The notes: generated by a model from the sequence alone, not told the origin. 64,000 bases of DNA from an uncultured Lentisphaerales bacterium (GCA_943788985.1 CALSSJ010000011.1:144170-208169); one strand, 5' to 3'; shown: positions 20,284 to 30,832, numbered from the stretch's first letter. Numbers and translations: made by a program.

Positions 20284-21810
20284 ATGTTTCGCAGTAACGA
20301 ATGTGTTGCCTATACGTGGGATTCGCAAGGGCGCTGTTGCGGAGTTCGCATCGAGCGGCGTGGCGAGCGCTGTACGGTTGCGGGCCACTGGCGTGGAGCC
20401 AAGGTCGGTGCGCAGCCACTCGCGACAGTCCTAGAGTCGTCGCTGGCACATCTGAAGATTCGTAGTGAAACGACCGTCTTGATCGGCGGTGATTTTCGCA
20501 AGGCTTTCTGTGTGGACATGCGGATGCCGAAGATGTCCTCGGAACTGTTGCACTCAGCCGTCGGATTCGAGCTGGCCAAGTTTTCCCCGCTGGCTACTGA
20601 AGACCTGAAGTGGGGCTATCGCGTGCTTAGCAAGAGCGGCATGGACGCGCTCCATGTGCGAGTGGGCTTCTTCCCCGCCTCTGACCACGATCATTGGTTG
20701 GAGGCTGCCAGTGCGTTGCCTAGCGGTGTGGACATGATTATTCCGGCAGGGGCCACACTGGACCCGCAGTTTGCAGAACAGGACGTCGGCTTTGTGGATG
20801 AAGAAGGCGAAAGTGCCTATATCCTGCATCGAAAGGAGAGCGGCGAGCGTGAAGTGCAGATTGCCGCCGATGCCGACCGTGACGATGTATTTGGCCTTGG
20901 CAAAACCCCTCTCGCTGCACCGAATCTCATGCCTGGCAGGCTGCTGGAACTCAATGCAGCCGAACAACGCAGCTTTGCGCCTGCGGTGTTACTGGGAATG
21001 TACGGCGTTTCTTCGTCCTGCCCGGCAGATGCCCGAACTTGGCTCTCTGTGCCGAAGAGCATGAAGCCTCCTCGCAACCGGACGCAGAAGACAGTGAGCC
21101 TGACGCTCGCGGTCTACTTGCTCGGACTGGGGCTGGCTTTTCTCGGTGGTTGGCTGATGATGAAGAATCGCGACCTAGCGTTCGTCAATGAGAAGCGCGT
21201 AGCGTTGGAGGAGGAGGTGCGCCGCCTGACTCCTGAGGTTAAGCCCACTCACGAAGTGGACCTGAACGAAGAGATGCGCCAAGAACTCGAAGAAGTCCGC
21301 GCAAGCTTTCTGCCGATGGGCGTAGGGCTTTCAGCGATTACCGGACGGACAGCCCATGAGCTTTGGGGGCATTCGTTTCAGTGGAACACCGGCGAGATCA
21401 AGGTCGAGCTGATCGCTGATGCCGACATGATGGACAAGATTGGTTTCTTGGAGCGCACGCGTGTTTTGGCAGACTTTAACGTAGATATTGCTCGGCAGAA
21501 AGGGCAGTTTCGCTACACTGTGAATTGCCGGCTGATGCGTGACTCCGAAATGGGGGAGGCTGGCGTCGACGTAAATTCGATCACATTCTTGAAAACAAGC
21601 GTGCCGGACGACGTAGTGCCGGATGACATCCCCGATTCAGATGGAGAAGAGCTAGACAGCGGGCTGCCCTCCTGGCATCTCCCCCCCCTAGCCTTAAAGA
21701 AATGAAACCGGCCCCCAACTACCCGTAGTATGCCAGCGTCGTCAAATGGGGCTTCCCGCCTACTGCCGCCGCCACCACCGCCACCTCCTGTCTTGCCGGG
21801 TGGCAACTAA
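20284..21810 (+). CDS. GspL/PilMN-like secretion-system inner membrane platform protein; Pro-rich tail broken by apparent indels at about 21665-21716
   Basis: Cytoplasmic domain with MPKMSSELLHSAVGFELAKFSP, one TM, coiled coil, periplasmic domain; track ORF stops at 21705 but another frame (PTTRSMPASS..PPPPPPPVLPGGN) ends at TAA 21808-21810 overlapping the next ATG. Confidence 0.65.
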
Positions 21811-22448
21811 TGGGAACGCGTTTCTATCTTTACAGTCTCATGCTTTTGTGCTTGGGTGGTTATCTGCTGGCAGAGTGGAAGGGGATCTCTTTCTCTTCGT
21901 TCAATGTGGCAACCGATGCCAAAATTAGGCAAGCTCTGGCTCGTGTCGATAGCCTGCAGAAGGATCGAGTACGGTACATCCAGATTCACAATCAGGAGTT
22001 GGAGAAACGGCAGCAGTTGCAGGGGATGACCGCCGGCCTCTGGCTCGAGACGACACGAATTCCGACGAACATCATCCAGAAGGAGTTGGACCAAATGGCA
22101 AGACGGTCTGAGCTGGATCTTGGTAAGCTTGGTGCGCCACGTGAAATCGAGCTGAGTTCCAACATCCGTGCGGTCGATATTTCAGTGCAGTGCACGACGA
22201 ACATTGAGGCGTTTGCCAAGTTCACGCATGCTATCGATGGTCACACCCCCATTCTGTTCTGGGAAAGCTGCCACATTCGCCCTAAGGATTTGAAGAACCC
22301 GGTAGAGCTGACCGTGAAGGGGAAGATTCGGGCGCTGGTGTTGACCAAAGCTGCCCAGGAATATCTGAACGAAGCAGTCGGGGCCGAGGCGATTCTGAGT
22401 GTGGGGGAAGAAGCTGAAGTGACGAATCCGGAGGGGGGACTCCCGTGA
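21810..22448 (+). CDS. GspM/PilO-like protein
   Basis: N-terminal TM, coiled coil, IQKELDQMARRSEL..ISVQCTTNIEAFAKFTHAID pattern; operon position. Confidence 0.65.
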   Translation: MGTRFYLYSLMLLCLGGYLLAEWKGISFSSFNVATDAKIRQALARVDSLQKDRVRYIQIHNQELEKRQQLQGMTAGLWLETTRIPTNIIQKELDQMARRSELDLGKLGAPREIELSSNIRAVDISVQCTTNIEAFAKFTHAIDGHTPILFWESCHIRPKDLKNPVELTVKGKIRALVLTKAAQEYLNEAVGAEAILSVGEEAEVTNPEGGLP

Positions 22449-23347
22449 AGCACGCACTCTTATTGGTAAACATCGTGCTGCTTGTGGCTGGTGTCTTGCT
22501 GACCCAGAAGTTTCTTTCATTCCGCGACACGTTTAATGATGGCCCTCGTGTCGTGTTGCCGGAAGCGCCGCCAGATCCGGCGCTTGCGGAAGCTCCGGGC
22601 AGCCTCGCAGCGCAGGCTGGCCCTTTGCCATTATCTCACCGTCGCGTCATTCATAGCAACAACCTCTTTCATCCGGATCGTCGCTGGAGTCCGGTCTTCC
22701 TTGAGCCAGACTTGGTCGTGGTGACTGAACCAGAGACAGAAGACGAGCTCGAGGCCACGTTTGACTTGATAAGTATCGCGAATTGGAACGGCATTCGTTT
22801 GGCGAACATCGCAGCGACTCAGAACACCAAGCCTGCGTCGCGGAGTCGGATCCCATCGAAGGTTGCCGCGCTGAAGAGTCGTATTAGGTCGTCTAGGGCG
22901 CCGTCACGCAGTAAGGCCAAGGACAATGGCCGCGGCAAAATTTACAAGTTAGGCGACTACGTCAAAGGGACGCGATTTCGCGTGGTCGAAATAGGCTTTG
23001 GGCACGTCAAGCTCAAAAAGAAGGGAGAAGACCCCTTGATTCTGTCGCTGAACCGCGGTGACGAGGCCAGCTCTCAGCGCTATGCGCGAGCTGGCAAGGA
23101 CGCCAAGACCAGGGCGGACGCCGCTAAGCGTGACGCCGCCAAGGCAGCCGCTCTTGCCAGACCCAAGACTACGAAACCAAAGACGGTGCCGAAGAAGGAG
23201 CCAGCGAAGGTGAAGAGTACACCGCCTCCGCCTCCGCCTCCGCCTCCAGTTCCGGCACCGGCCGCCGGTTCAAAGCTTACTCCGGCAAGTCCCACATCCG
23301 GCTCCGGAACTCGGATGAGTCGCTCCGTTCCCTCCTTAAAACGTTGA
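22445..23347 (+). CDS. GspC/PilP-like protein with Pro/Lys-rich tail
   Basis: N-terminal TM, NNLFHPDR, YKLGDYVKGTRFRVVEIGFGHVKL; directly before the secretin. Confidence 0.6.
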   Translation: MKHALLLVNIVLLVAGVLLTQKFLSFRDTFNDGPRVVLPEAPPDPALAEAPGSLAAQAGPLPLSHRRVIHSNNLFHPDRRWSPVFLEPDLVVVTEPETEDELEATFDLISIANWNGIRLANIAATQNTKPASRSRIPSKVAALKSRIRSSRAPSRSKAKDNGRGKIYKLGDYVKGTRFRVVEIGFGHVKLKKKGEDPLILSLNRGDEASSQRYARAGKDAKTRADAAKRDAAKAAALARPKTTKPKTVPKKEPAKVKSTPPPPPPPPPVPAPAAGSKLTPASPTSGSGTRMSRSVPSLKR

Positions 23348-23371
23348 TTTAGTGCTTGTAAAAAGGATTGT

Positions 23372-25804
23372 TTGATGGCTAAAATAGATGCAAATAGGTG
23401 CCGGTTTCTGGCAATGGCAGGAGCCTTCGTGGCGCTGCTGCTGCTTAGCGGGTGCGAGACTACAATGCCGAACACGGCATGGCCGTGGAAGAAGGCGGAG
23501 GCGACGTTAGTCGAGCCAGTTGTTCCAAAAGACTACGATCCTTTGGAACTGGATTTGGGCGAACGTGTTGAAGGTACGGAAATGTTTGCAGAAGGTGAGG
23601 CATTGAGTGCGCTTCCTGTGTCTGAGCCGCTCGCTGGGCAGGTCGTGCTGCCTATTCGCGAGGGAGCAGACCCAGTCGCGCCATCGACCGCAGAGCCTTA
23701 CAGTTTGGCCGATGACCTGACTCAGGAGGTGGAGAACCCCAATGAGTTGCTGGAAGTGCAACTGAATCTGGACGGCGAAGACCTGATCACCGTGATTCAG
23801 ATGTTCTCCTACCTTCTTGGCGAGAAGATGGAAACGGAAGAAGTCGCTCCTGAAGATGGCGTGCCGCTGGAAGACGCGGTGCCAGAGCCAGAACTCACCC
23901 CGGTGCCTCTCGATGAAGACCAATTTGACGATGGGGAAGAGTTCTATCTCCCGCCGCTGGATGTGAAGCCCTTCCCGTACTACCTGGACCCCGGGGTTTC
24001 TGGATCGGTGAACTTCGTGATGGAAACTGAAATGACGCGCAAGGAAGTGTGGAAGCTGTTTCAGTACATCCTCTGGCTTTCCGGGGCCTACATTTCCCGC
24101 AAAGAGGGATACGTGCAGATCATGCCCATCGCTAAGATGCCGAAGGAATTTCAGCTGTTCAATCCTACGCCGGACCCGCAACCGAACGTGCATGTCGAAA
24201 TGATTCGCATCTACAACCTCACGGCTTCGGAACTGGCTGGCATGATTCAACCGTACATGACAGATGGGGCGACCGCCACGCCGGTGCAACACCTCAACAG
24301 CTTAATGATTGTTGAAACCCCAAGCAACATTGTCAAGATCCGAGAACTGATTCGGCAACTGGACGTGCTGGGAGAGACTACCTGGCCGCAGATTGCCATT
24401 CAATGCCGCAGCGTGGAAGCGAGTATAATTCTTGAAGAGCTGCGCCAAATTCTTCCGGTCATTGGTTTTGGCAATGTGACCAGCGATCAGGGGGATGGCC
24501 GGAGCGTCAAGATCATCGCCATGGAGCGCATGCAGGTGCTGCTGGCGTCTGCGCCCACCCGTGAAGTGCTGGCCGAGATTCGCCGCTGGGTCGATGTGCT
24601 CGATCGCGAAGACACTCGTGAGCAGGAACGCATCTATTTCTACCCGGTGAAGTACAATCCAGCCGAGGATCTCTCGGACCTTATTGGGGTGTTCTTTACC
24701 CAGACCAGCAGCTCTGCCTCACGGAGCCCGTCATCCTCGACCACGTCGACCAACAACAGCGCATCCGCGACCAGCAGCAACGCCACTCCGGCATCTCGTC
24801 GTGTGTCTGCCTCCCGCCGTAGCAGCAGTTCTGACGAGCGCCCCGAGACCATTTTCGATGTGCCAGTCACTTTGTTCGCCGATGGCCCGCATAATCGGCT
24901 GATCATCAGGACCACGCCGCGCGCGTACGCCATGGTGAAGGCGCTGCTCGTTCGCTTAGATACGCCGCCGCTGCAGGTGTTGGTGCAGGCTCTCATTGCA
25001 GAGATCACTCTCACCAAGAATACCCAATACGGCTTTCGCCTTGCCGCCTTGCAGCAGCTTAGCGAGTTTGGCCTGGAAGGCTCACTTGGTGCCCAAGAAG
25101 AGCTGGGAAGTCCGTTCTACAGTCTTCGTTTCGGGCCACAGACGGATGCCACGAACGCAGCCCCGACCAGCGCCTTAACCGAAGACGGTCATCTATTCTC
25201 CTTCATTCAGGCCGTCGCAGGTGAAGCCAATACTCGCGTGCTCTTCGCGCCACAGATCATCGCCAAGAGTGATCATTCGGCGAGCATCAATGTGGGCCGA
25301 AGCGTGCCGATTTTGACCGGCACCACCACCAATACCAGTAGCGTGGCGGTAACCAGTAGCGTGCAGTATCAGGACACCGGTATCATCCTCGAGGTCACCC
25401 CGCATATCACAGCCAACAAGCTGGTGACGCTGGAGATCTCGCAGCAGGTATCGCAGGCGCTGGATGCTGCTACTGATGCAAGTATCCGCTCCCCGACTAT
25501 TCGCAATCGTACGTTGAATACCTCCTTGGTTCTTCGCGATGGCGAGACGGTGATGCTCGGTGGGATGATTTCCTCGTCCGTAACTGACACCCACGAAGGC
25601 ATGCCATGGGTAAAGGACCTACCAATTCTCGGCAAGTTTGTGAGTTCTCGCAAGAAAGGTCTGGACCGTGAGGAGCTGTTGCTGCTGATCAATGTGAAGG
25701 TTATTGACTTGGAAAGTGACCTGGATGGCATGGTTCGGCGCTATCAGAGTGCGATGAAGGCGATCTACGATGATCTGGAAGCGCCAGTTTTCGAAGCGAA
25801 ATAG
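23372..25804 (+). CDS. gspD: Type II secretion-type secretin with lipoprotein signal
   Basis: LLLLSGC lipobox; N-domain repeats; LDTPPLQVLVQALIAEI, ASINVGRSVP, YQDTGIILEVTPHI, LRDGETVMLGGMI, DLPILGKF. Confidence 0.92.
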   Translation: MMAKIDANRCRFLAMAGAFVALLLLSGCETTMPNTAWPWKKAEATLVEPVVPKDYDPLELDLGERVEGTEMFAEGEALSALPVSEPLAGQVVLPIREGADPVAPSTAEPYSLADDLTQEVENPNELLEVQLNLDGEDLITVIQMFSYLLGEKMETEEVAPEDGVPLEDAVPEPELTPVPLDEDQFDDGEEFYLPPLDVKPFPYYLDPGVSGSVNFVMETEMTRKEVWKLFQYILWLSGAYISRKEGYVQIMPIAKMPKEFQLFNPTPDPQPNVHVEMIRIYNLTASELAGMIQPYMTDGATATPVQHLNSLMIVETPSNIVKIRELIRQLDVLGETTWPQIAIQCRSVEASIILEELRQILPVIGFGNVTSDQGDGRSVKIIAMERMQVLLASAPTREVLAEIRRWVDVLDREDTREQERIYFYPVKYNPAEDLSDLIGVFFTQTSSSASRSPSSSTTSTNNSASATSSNATPASRRVSASRRSSSSDERPETIFDVPVTLFADGPHNRLIIRTTPRAYAMVKALLVRLDTPPLQVLVQALIAEITLTKNTQYGFRLAALQQLSEFGLEGSLGAQEELGSPFYSLRFGPQTDATNAAPTSALTEDGHLFSFIQAVAGEANTRVLFAPQIIAKSDHSASINVGRSVPILTGTTTNTSSVAVTSSVQYQDTGIILEVTPHITANKLVTLEISQQVSQALDAATDASIRSPTIRNRTLNTSLVLRDGETVMLGGMISSSVTDTHEGMPWVKDLPILGKFVSSRKKGLDREELLLLINVKVIDLESDLDGMVRRYQSAMKAIYDDLEAPVFEAK

Positions 25805-25810
25805 ACTACA

Positions 25811-27475
25811 ATGGATCCAGAAAACGAAGCGACACAAGAGATTGCGGGGCCTCATGCTGGCGGCCGGCTGACGGGTGCAATTGAGGACTATCTGGCATCG
25901 ATTCAGGAGCATCTGTCGGCGGCACTGGGCAGCAACGAGGCGCTGACTGGCTTCCAGCCAATGATGGAGTGGGATCTTTGTACGCGTGGACGTCTCTCTG
26001 AAGCTGACATCATTCAGGCGTATGCATCGGCTACGCCGCTGAATATCCTAGATGATGAGGAACTGGAACTTCCGGAGCGTTTTCCAGACGTGACCGTAGA
26101 TTATTTGCGCGACAATCTTTGTGTGCCAGTATCTTGGGACAACGAGAGCGTGCTGCTTGCTGTCGCTACACCGTATTCCGTGGGCGCGCTGGCCTATCAA
26201 TGGCAACACATGATGGGGCGCAAAGCCCGATTCTCATTCGCGCTGCGTAGTCATATCGAGAGAATTCTCGACTCCACCTACGCAGAGCAGGAGACTGACG
26301 GCCTGCTTGAAGCAGGCGTGGATGATATTCAGGCCCAGATCAACGAAGCCCCGATCATCCGCTTGGTGAACGACTTGTTTGCGCGCTCGCTGGAAATCGG
26401 AGCCAGTGACATTCACGTGGAGCCAGCAGAGCATGAGTTGGCCATTCGTTTCCGCGTGGATGGTGTCCTGCACACGGAGATGACACCTCCGCTTGCGAAC
26501 TACCAGGCCATTGCCGGCCGGATCAAGCTCGTCGGTGGCCTCAATATCGCAGAGCGTCGTCTGCCGCAGGACGGTCGTACCGAGCATCAGGTTGGCCGGG
26601 CTAAAATTGACGTCCGTATTAGTACCTTGCCTTCTATTCATGGGGAGAGCATCGTGATGCGTATTCTGCGCAAGGATGTCAGTACCTTTTCACTTGACAA
26701 TGTCGGGATGGGGAAAGAGTTGCAAGTGCGGTTTCGCAGCCTGATCGCGCTGCCGTATGGCATGATTTTGGTGGTGGGACCTACTGGTAGCGGTAAGACG
26801 ACCTCTCTGTATTGCGCGTTGAACATCCTGAACTCGGATGAGAAGAAGATTATCACTGTGGAGGACCCCGTTGAGTATCAGATTAGTGGGGTCACTCAGA
26901 TGCAGGTTCGTGCTTCGATTGGCCTGACGTTTGCCGCCGGGCTGCGATCGATCGTGCGCCAGGACCCAGATATCATTCTGGTCGGCGAAATTCGTGATAA
27001 AGAAACTGCGGAGATAGCAATTCACGCTGCCCTCACCGGGCATCTCGTGCTCAGCACGCTGCATACCAATGACGCTACTGGTGCCATCAGCCGGCTTGTG
27101 GATATGGGGGTTGAACCGTTCTTAATCGCCTCCGCGCTCGTGGGGGTCGTGTCGCAGCGATTGGTTCGCAAAATCTGTGGGGCATGCGAAGGCTCAGGAA
27201 GAGCGATGGAACAGACGCCACAGGGGATGAAGGAGCGGAACTGCCGGACCTGTTCTGGAAAGGGCCTATCCGGCCGAATGGGGATTTTTGAGTTTCTGCC
27301 GATCGATGATGAGGTTCGTCGCTCTGCGATGCGTGGAGATGACAACGCCACGCTGGGTGCGATCGCGCGTAAGAACGGCATGAAGACCTTGCGTGAGGAT
27401 GGCCAAGCAAAGGCAGACCAAGGGCTCACCACCCATGCGGAGATTGCGGCAGTCTGTCAGATGGACGCTGTATGA
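25811..27475 (+). CDS. gspE: GspE/PilB family secretion ATPase
   Basis: ASDIHVEP, ERRLPQDGR, GPTGSGKTT, TVEDPVEY, RQDPDIILVGEIRD, ALTGHLVLSTLHTN; two CxxC. Confidence 0.95.
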   Translation: MDPENEATQEIAGPHAGGRLTGAIEDYLASIQEHLSAALGSNEALTGFQPMMEWDLCTRGRLSEADIIQAYASATPLNILDDEELELPERFPDVTVDYLRDNLCVPVSWDNESVLLAVATPYSVGALAYQWQHMMGRKARFSFALRSHIERILDSTYAEQETDGLLEAGVDDIQAQINEAPIIRLVNDLFARSLEIGASDIHVEPAEHELAIRFRVDGVLHTEMTPPLANYQAIAGRIKLVGGLNIAERRLPQDGRTEHQVGRAKIDVRISTLPSIHGESIVMRILRKDVSTFSLDNVGMGKELQVRFRSLIALPYGMILVVGPTGSGKTTSLYCALNILNSDEKKIITVEDPVEYQISGVTQMQVRASIGLTFAAGLRSIVRQDPDIILVGEIRDKETAEIAIHAALTGHLVLSTLHTNDATGAISRLVDMGVEPFLIASALVGVVSQRLVRKICGACEGSGRAMEQTPQGMKERNCRTCSGKGLSGRMGIFEFLPIDDEVRRSAMRGDDNATLGAIARKNGMKTLREDGQAKADQGLTTHAEIAAVCQMDAV

Positions 27476-27900
27476 CCACGCCGTGTGCCACGACCGCGCC
27501 AGCGCCGTTGGTGGTCGTCGCTGGTGCTGTGATCGCTCAAGGACGTGTTTTAGCAACGCGGCGAGCGACAGGTACCTTGGCCGGTCTCTGGGAGTTTCCC
27601 GGCGGGAAGCTGGAACCAGGCGAATCGCCGCAGGAGTGTATTGAGCGCGAGCTGATGGAAGAGCTTGGGATCACGGTCCGAGCTGAGTCGTTCCTAGCGC
27701 GAAACGTGCATGCTTATGAGGCAGTCTCTATCTCGCTGTCGCTCTACGTCGTGACCGTCCTCGGCGGTAGCCCGGAATTACGTGAGCATGATCAATCCCG
27801 CTGGCTGGCCGGCGACGAGCTGCACTCCCTATGCTGGGCACCTGCTGATATTCCCTTGCTAGAGGCTGTTGGTCGGGTACTTGCCGCGCCCCCAGCCTGA
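27472..27900 (+). CDS. MutT/NudG-like Nudix hydrolase
   Basis: WEFPGGKLEPGESPQECIERELMEELG Nudix box; WAPADIP. Confidence 0.92.
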   Translation: MTTPCATTAPAPLVVVAGAVIAQGRVLATRRATGTLAGLWEFPGGKLEPGESPQECIERELMEELGITVRAESFLARNVHAYEAVSISLSLYVVTVLGGSPELREHDQSRWLAGDELHSLCWAPADIPLLEAVGRVLAAPPA

Positions 27901-27929
27901 CCTTTCCCCACTTACTCGGATCGACCGCC

Positions 27930-28484
27930 ATGTCCTCACGCAGTTTTTCGCTGTTCCTCGTCTTGATTGGGCTCTGCGCCATGGCGCAGGAAGCCAGCTT
28001 ATATGACCACTCAGTGGAATCCATCACTGGCGAGAAAACCACGTTGGGCGAGCACAAGGGCAAGGTCTTGCTGATCGTGAACGTTGCCAGCAAGTGCGGG
28101 CTCACCAAGCAATATACGCAGCTGCAGAAGCTGCACGAGACCTACGCTGCGCGAGGGTTGGTGGTGCTGGGGTTTCCCTGCAATCAGTTTGGCAAGCAGG
28201 AACCTGGCACCCTTGCAGAGATTCAAGAATTTTGCGTGAGCAATTTTTCGGTCGCGTTCCCGCTGTACGCCAAGATCGAGGTGAATGGTGAGAACGCTCA
28301 TCCGCTCTACAAGCAGCTGAAGGCAACAGGCGGGCCAGAGGCTATTCGCTGGAACTTCGAGAAGTTTCTTGTGGGGACGGACGGCGTGGTGCTTAAGCGC
28401 TTTGCCCCGCACCAGGCTCCGAATAACGCGGCCATAATTGCTGCGCTTGAAGCTGCGTTACCCATGCCCGTTGGGCAGAAGTAG
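27930..28484 (+). CDS. Cys-type glutathione peroxidase family protein with signal peptide
   Basis: NVASKCG, GFPCNQFGKQEPG, WNFEKFLV; hydrophobic N-terminus ending AMA. Confidence 0.93.
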   Translation: MSSRSFSLFLVLIGLCAMAQEASLYDHSVESITGEKTTLGEHKGKVLLIVNVASKCGLTKQYTQLQKLHETYAARGLVVLGFPCNQFGKQEPGTLAEIQEFCVSNFSVAFPLYAKIEVNGENAHPLYKQLKATGGPEAIRWNFEKFLVGTDGVVLKRFAPHQAPNNAAIIAALEAALPMPVGQK

Positions 28485-28499
28485 AGACCCAGATTTTAG

Positions 28500-29312
28500 C
28501 TACGAGCTCTCAGGCCTTGAGACCTTGTCGATTTGGGGCATTACGACCGTTTCGTAGCAGTCTGGACAGACGCCATGGCTGACTTCAGCCTTTGAGTGAC
28601 GCTGGATATACGAATCGACGCGATGCCAGAAATCCTTATCGTCGCGCACTTTGTGGCAGTAACTGCACATCGGGATAATGCCCTGCAACTGTTCGATTTC
28701 TTTCAGCGCCTGCTCTAGAGCTTCCACTTTCTCTTTGAGCTCGGTAGTCCGTTCCTCTACTCTGCTCTCCAGGTTTGCCACGTGCGCCCGGTTCTCAGCA
28801 CCCAAATTCCATTTTGTGGTCAGTGCCAGTGCCATCTGCTGGATCGAAACAATGTCGATTGGCTTGCGCACGAACTGTAGGCGGTCGGACGTGCCTAGGC
28901 GATCCAGAATCTGCGTCCAATCATAGTCGCTATATGCGGTGCAGATCACGACTTCAAGATCTGGAAAGTGACTCCACATCTCGCTGACCGTGACGATCCC
29001 GTCCCAGCCTGGCGGCATGCGCACGTCGATGAACGCGAGCGAAAATGGCTTGCCATCATGATGAGCCTGTTTGACCATTTCAAAGGCTTCCTGGCCCTGA
29101 AAAGCGTGCGACAGATCGTAGTGAATATTGGCTTCGATCCCGCCGTCGGCGGATTCCTCCCCCATGACTTCATCGAACAAGCTCTGGAGTTCATCTTCTT
29201 CGGGAGTATCAACAGGCGCGCTCAAGACCTTCTCGAAATCATCGTGAATCGATGGATTATCGTCCACAATCAGAATGCGATTATTCTGGGGGAGGTCGTC
29301 GCTCCTGGTCAT
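28500..29312 (-). CDS. Response regulator with C-terminal Cys/His-rich (putative Zn) domain
   Basis: ILIVDDN, DVRMPPGWDG, CTAYSD, RKP; IPMCSYCHKVRDD..SHGVCPDC. Confidence 0.9.
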   Translation of the reverse strand: MTRSDDLPQNNRILIVDDNPSIHDDFEKVLSAPVDTPEEDELQSLFDEVMGEESADGGIEANIHYDLSHAFQGQEAFEMVKQAHHDGKPFSLAFIDVRMPPGWDGIVTVSEMWSHFPDLEVVICTAYSDYDWTQILDRLGTSDRLQFVRKPIDIVSIQQMALALTTKWNLGAENRAHVANLESRVEERTTELKEKVEALEQALKEIEQLQGIIPMCSYCHKVRDDKDFWHRVDSYIQRHSKAEVSHGVCPDCYETVVMPQIDKVSRPESS

Positions 29313-30832
29313 GCGCTCTTCTCCGGTGGAATGGCGGGGAAGACCAAGGTAAAGCTGGCACCGCAGCCTTGTCCTTCGGACTCAACAATGAGTCGTCCGC
29401 CCATCTCCGTGACCAAGTTCGCGCAGGTATGCAGGCCAAAGCCGTGGCCATCGGGCTTGGTGGTGAATCCGTGGGTAAAGATCTTTGTTAAGTTATCCGT
29501 CGAGATGCCTTCGCCATTGTCGGTAATCGAAATGAAGACATTTTCGTCTTCCATGCCGGTATCGATCAGGACGTGGCGTTGATCGACGGGGTTTCCGCTC
29601 ACTGCGTCGCGGGCATTCGCCAGGATATTCATCAGGATCATGACCAGCTTGGCCCGCTGTGTCCGCACCGCTGGCGTCTCTCCATAGCTGCGATCAATCT
29701 GCAGGTAGGGGGCGTTTGTCGCGTGAATGCTGAGGGCATCCTCGATCACATTAGTCAGCTCGAATTCTTCAATGAAGAACTCTGCTTTAGCATACGTCTG
29801 TTGTGTGCTAATGACATCCTTGATCGCATTGATGTTGTTCCGCAGGTTGGTGGCCTCGGATAGGACAGCCGCCCGCTCCGTGCAGACCTCCTGTGTAATC
29901 CGGTGGAGCAGTTCTGGAAACTTCTTGCCCTTTGGGTCTTCTGTCAGAAGACTGGAGACGTCTTTGCTGCGGTGCAACATCGCGTCCACCTTCATCAGCA
30001 TGTGAACCTTGGACTTATTCAGGTGCTCCAGAATCACACCGCACGACACATTTACGCTATTGAGCACATTTCCGATGTCATGCAGCACGGCTGTCGCAAT
30101 TTCTGCCATACCGGCGCTGTGTGCGGTCTGCAAGAGTTGCTCTCGAGCGTTGGCCAGCTTGACTTCGGTCTCATTGCGCAGCGTAATATTACGGATAAAG
30201 AAGCAAAGTTTTGCCTTTTTGCCGACGTGGAGAAGATTCACCGTAATGTCCGCAGGGAAAAACTCGGAGTCAAACTTCTTGCAGAATCCCTCGATAAATA
30301 CGTGCCGCTCTTTGCGCAGATGGGCGGCAGTTGCTTGCAGCACCTCATCATCCGCGCCTTCAATCAGTTGCAGGACATTTATCGAGCAGAAGGTTTCTTC
30401 TGTGCATTCAAAGAAGTCCTTGGCCCGGCCGTTGGTCCGGATGATGCGGCCGTCACGCTCCGTGATAAGCACGGCATCGTAGACCGCCTCGAAAAATTCG
30501 ACAAAAATTTCATCATCTAGCCCTGCCAGGGAGTTGATGGGTGCCGCCTTGGTGAGTTCAGTATCTTCTGTTTTCGGCACCGCCTTCCCCCCCTTCATGT
30601 GGAAGGATTGGGTGCGAGAATGGTCGTGTCTCGTGGGGGGAGAGTCTTGGCGGGTTTTGGACTTCTGCAGGTTGAGTCTGAGGGTGTCAGTCTGATCCCT
30701 GTCGTTCACAGACAGGTCCAGCGTGCTGGAATCTACTCGCCGATCCACTGGTCTGGCTACCGGCTTGTTGCCAGAGCGATCCAGTTTCAGGCGCAGCGTG
30801 TCAGTTGTATGGCCAAAGCGCGGGTCATTCAT
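29309..30832 (-). CDS. Cytoplasmic PAS-domain histidine kinase with low-complexity N-terminal extension
   Basis: PAS region; H-box AGMAEIATAVLHDIGNVLNS; NILANARDA, DNGEGI, FTTKPDGHGFGL; start 30832 overlaps the parC stop. Confidence 0.9.
   Translation of the reverse strand: MNDPRFGHTTDTLRLKLDRSGNKPVARPVDRRVDSSTLDLSVNDRDQTDTLRLNLQKSKTRQDSPPTRHDHSRTQSFHMKGGKAVPKTEDTELTKAAPINSLAGLDDEIFVEFFEAVYDAVLITERDGRIIRTNGRAKDFFECTEETFCSINVLQLIEGADDEVLQATAAHLRKERHVFIEGFCKKFDSEFFPADITVNLLHVGKKAKLCFFIRNITLRNETEVKLANAREQLLQTAHSAGMAEIATAVLHDIGNVLNSVNVSCGVILEHLNKSKVHMLMKVDAMLHRSKDVSSLLTEDPKGKKFPELLHRITQEVCTERAAVLSEATNLRNNINAIKDVISTQQTYAKAEFFIEEFELTNVIEDALSIHATNAPYLQIDRSYGETPAVRTQRAKLVMILMNILANARDAVSGNPVDQRHVLIDTGMEDENVFISITDNGEGISTDNLTKIFTHGFTTKPDGHGFGLHTCANLVTEMGGRLIVESEGQGCGASFTLVFPAIPPEKSA

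Noticed and set aside
27930..28484. Possible selenoprotein glutathione peroxidase
   Set aside because: Active-site codon is TGC (Cys), not TGA
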